DNA of 64,000 nt from an uncultured Phycisphaerales bacterium (lineage in GTDB: Bacteria > Planctomycetota > Phycisphaerae > Tepidisphaerales > Tepidisphaeraceae). This document shows, piece after piece, positions 63,034-64,000 of this stretch; within the stretch, counting starts at the first letter, position 1; each line of letters begins with the position of its first letter. Below the pieces are notes generated by a model, which was given only the letters and a program-made list of their open reading frames with translations, searched no databases and was not told the DNA's origin. A program made the position numbers and the translations under genes. Location of the stretch: positions 3,168,001-3,232,000 of the forward strand of contig CAVWVQ010000003.1 of the NCBI GenBank assembly GCA_963758525.1. The letters are read 5' to 3'.

Positions 63034-63385
63034 CGGGGGGCGTTGGATACGCATGGGCGCCGCGCTGCCGTCCTTTTCCAGAAGCTTGATGAACGCGGCC
63101 TGGCGCCCGTGGCGATGGTTCCGTGCGCCGGTCCGCCACGGCATCGAGCCGGAGACGCAGCAGTCCTGGCACCCGGGGCGGGCACGTCTCAACAACGAAG
63201 AGTTCGGCCCGAGGATGCAAGTAATCCCGGCGCACCGGGACGCGACTGTAACAGGGGGTATCCCCCCGCTCTCCGAAGTTGTTCAGTCGGCGGTTGCCGC
63301 GATTCAGCAGATGAGACACCTGATTGTCCGCCGAAGATATTGCACGCCGGAGCATTACCCAAAAGTACCTGAGAAATGGCGACCC

Positions 63386-63928
63386 TCAATAAGTGCGAGT
63401 ATCGCGAGTGTCCCCTGCGTTTCCGCGAACGGTCCCGCACTCGGGGCATCGTGCGCCGCTGCTGCGCAGGTCGTAGCCGCAGTGCGGGCAGCGGCCGTCG
63501 CGAAAACGGTGGAGAGTTCGCCTGTATTGGACCGCAAGGGTCACAAAGCCGACCACAGCGCTAAGTGCAATGAGCAGGCGAATGACACCGTATTTGAGGT
63601 TCAATCGACCGGCGGCAAGCGATTGATTTGAGTAGTTCAGGGATTGCGCGGACAGCGACGATTGTTGTTTGAAGAGGTCGGTGAGACACCGATTTTCAGC
63701 GGGCGTGGGGTTAGGCATTTTCACGAGCTGGAGAATCAGACTGCCGACGCTTGCCTGTTGGGGCCAGTGTTTTTTCTGTTCTGAGAAAATCTGCCCCTGC
63801 GTATGAGGAATCATCATCGACGGGATGAAGGCAGGCATGAATAGAACGAGATAGATGCCGCCGAAGATTTGCGAGCGTAGCTTGTACTTCCGCAGCAGGG
63901 GTTTTGGCAGCGAAACCTGGTTCAGCAA
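63386..63928 (-). CDS. Membrane protein with a C-terminal zinc ribbon
   Basis: GAGGAG SD with TTG start, two TM segments and CPHCGYDLRSSGARCPECG. Confidence 0.75.
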   Translation of the reverse strand: MLNQVSLPKPLLRKYKLRSQIFGGIYLVLFMPAFIPSMMIPHTQGQIFSEQKKHWPQQASVGSLILQLVKMPNPTPAENRCLTDLFKQQSSLSAQSLNYSNQSLAAGRLNLKYGVIRLLIALSAVVGFVTLAVQYRRTLHRFRDGRCPHCGYDLRSSGARCPECGTVRGNAGDTRDTRTY

Positions 63929-64000
63929 ACTGGCTCCTCATCCCGCCTGTGAAAGCGATTACGGCAGCGATAAGCATAGTCCGCGGATCAAGGGACACTC

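Overview
GC-rich bacterial window, most likely Planctomycetota (Phycisphaerae/Tepidisphaerales-like). This is inferred from a PEP-CTERM protein, a prepilin/H-X9-DG protein, ATQPA/ATAP linkers and a CGYDLR..RCPECG zinc ribbon. It holds about 55 CDS. Housekeeping genes are ispD, ppk2, yajQ, pnp, rpsO, murI, pgk, rpe and accD. No rRNA, tRNA or CRISPR array was seen. At least a dozen single-base frameshifts, including one in pnp, point to uncorrected long-read indels. There are two main candidates for an undescribed system. (1) A ~15 kb locus (31670-46553) in which a minus-strand HemN-like radical SAM, chorismate-lyase-like, flavin-dependent halogenase-family and thioesterase run converges on a plus-strand operon of symporter, Cys-motif glycosyltransferase, ABC/FtsX exporter and two beta-propellers. 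(2) A family of intergenic elements with heptamer-built terminal inverted repeats: three copies share an identical 30-bp left end and one carries an ORF with its own promoter. Several other 7/8-mer array families and REP-like palindromes are also present, some overlapping coding sequence. Smaller points of interest are a QueC-like protein with a degenerate PP-loop, a WD40-caspase-type gene destroyed by an IS4 remnant, an internally deleted Uma2 gene and an EAL domain with a duplicated catalytic strand. All family calls come from motif recognition, not database searches.
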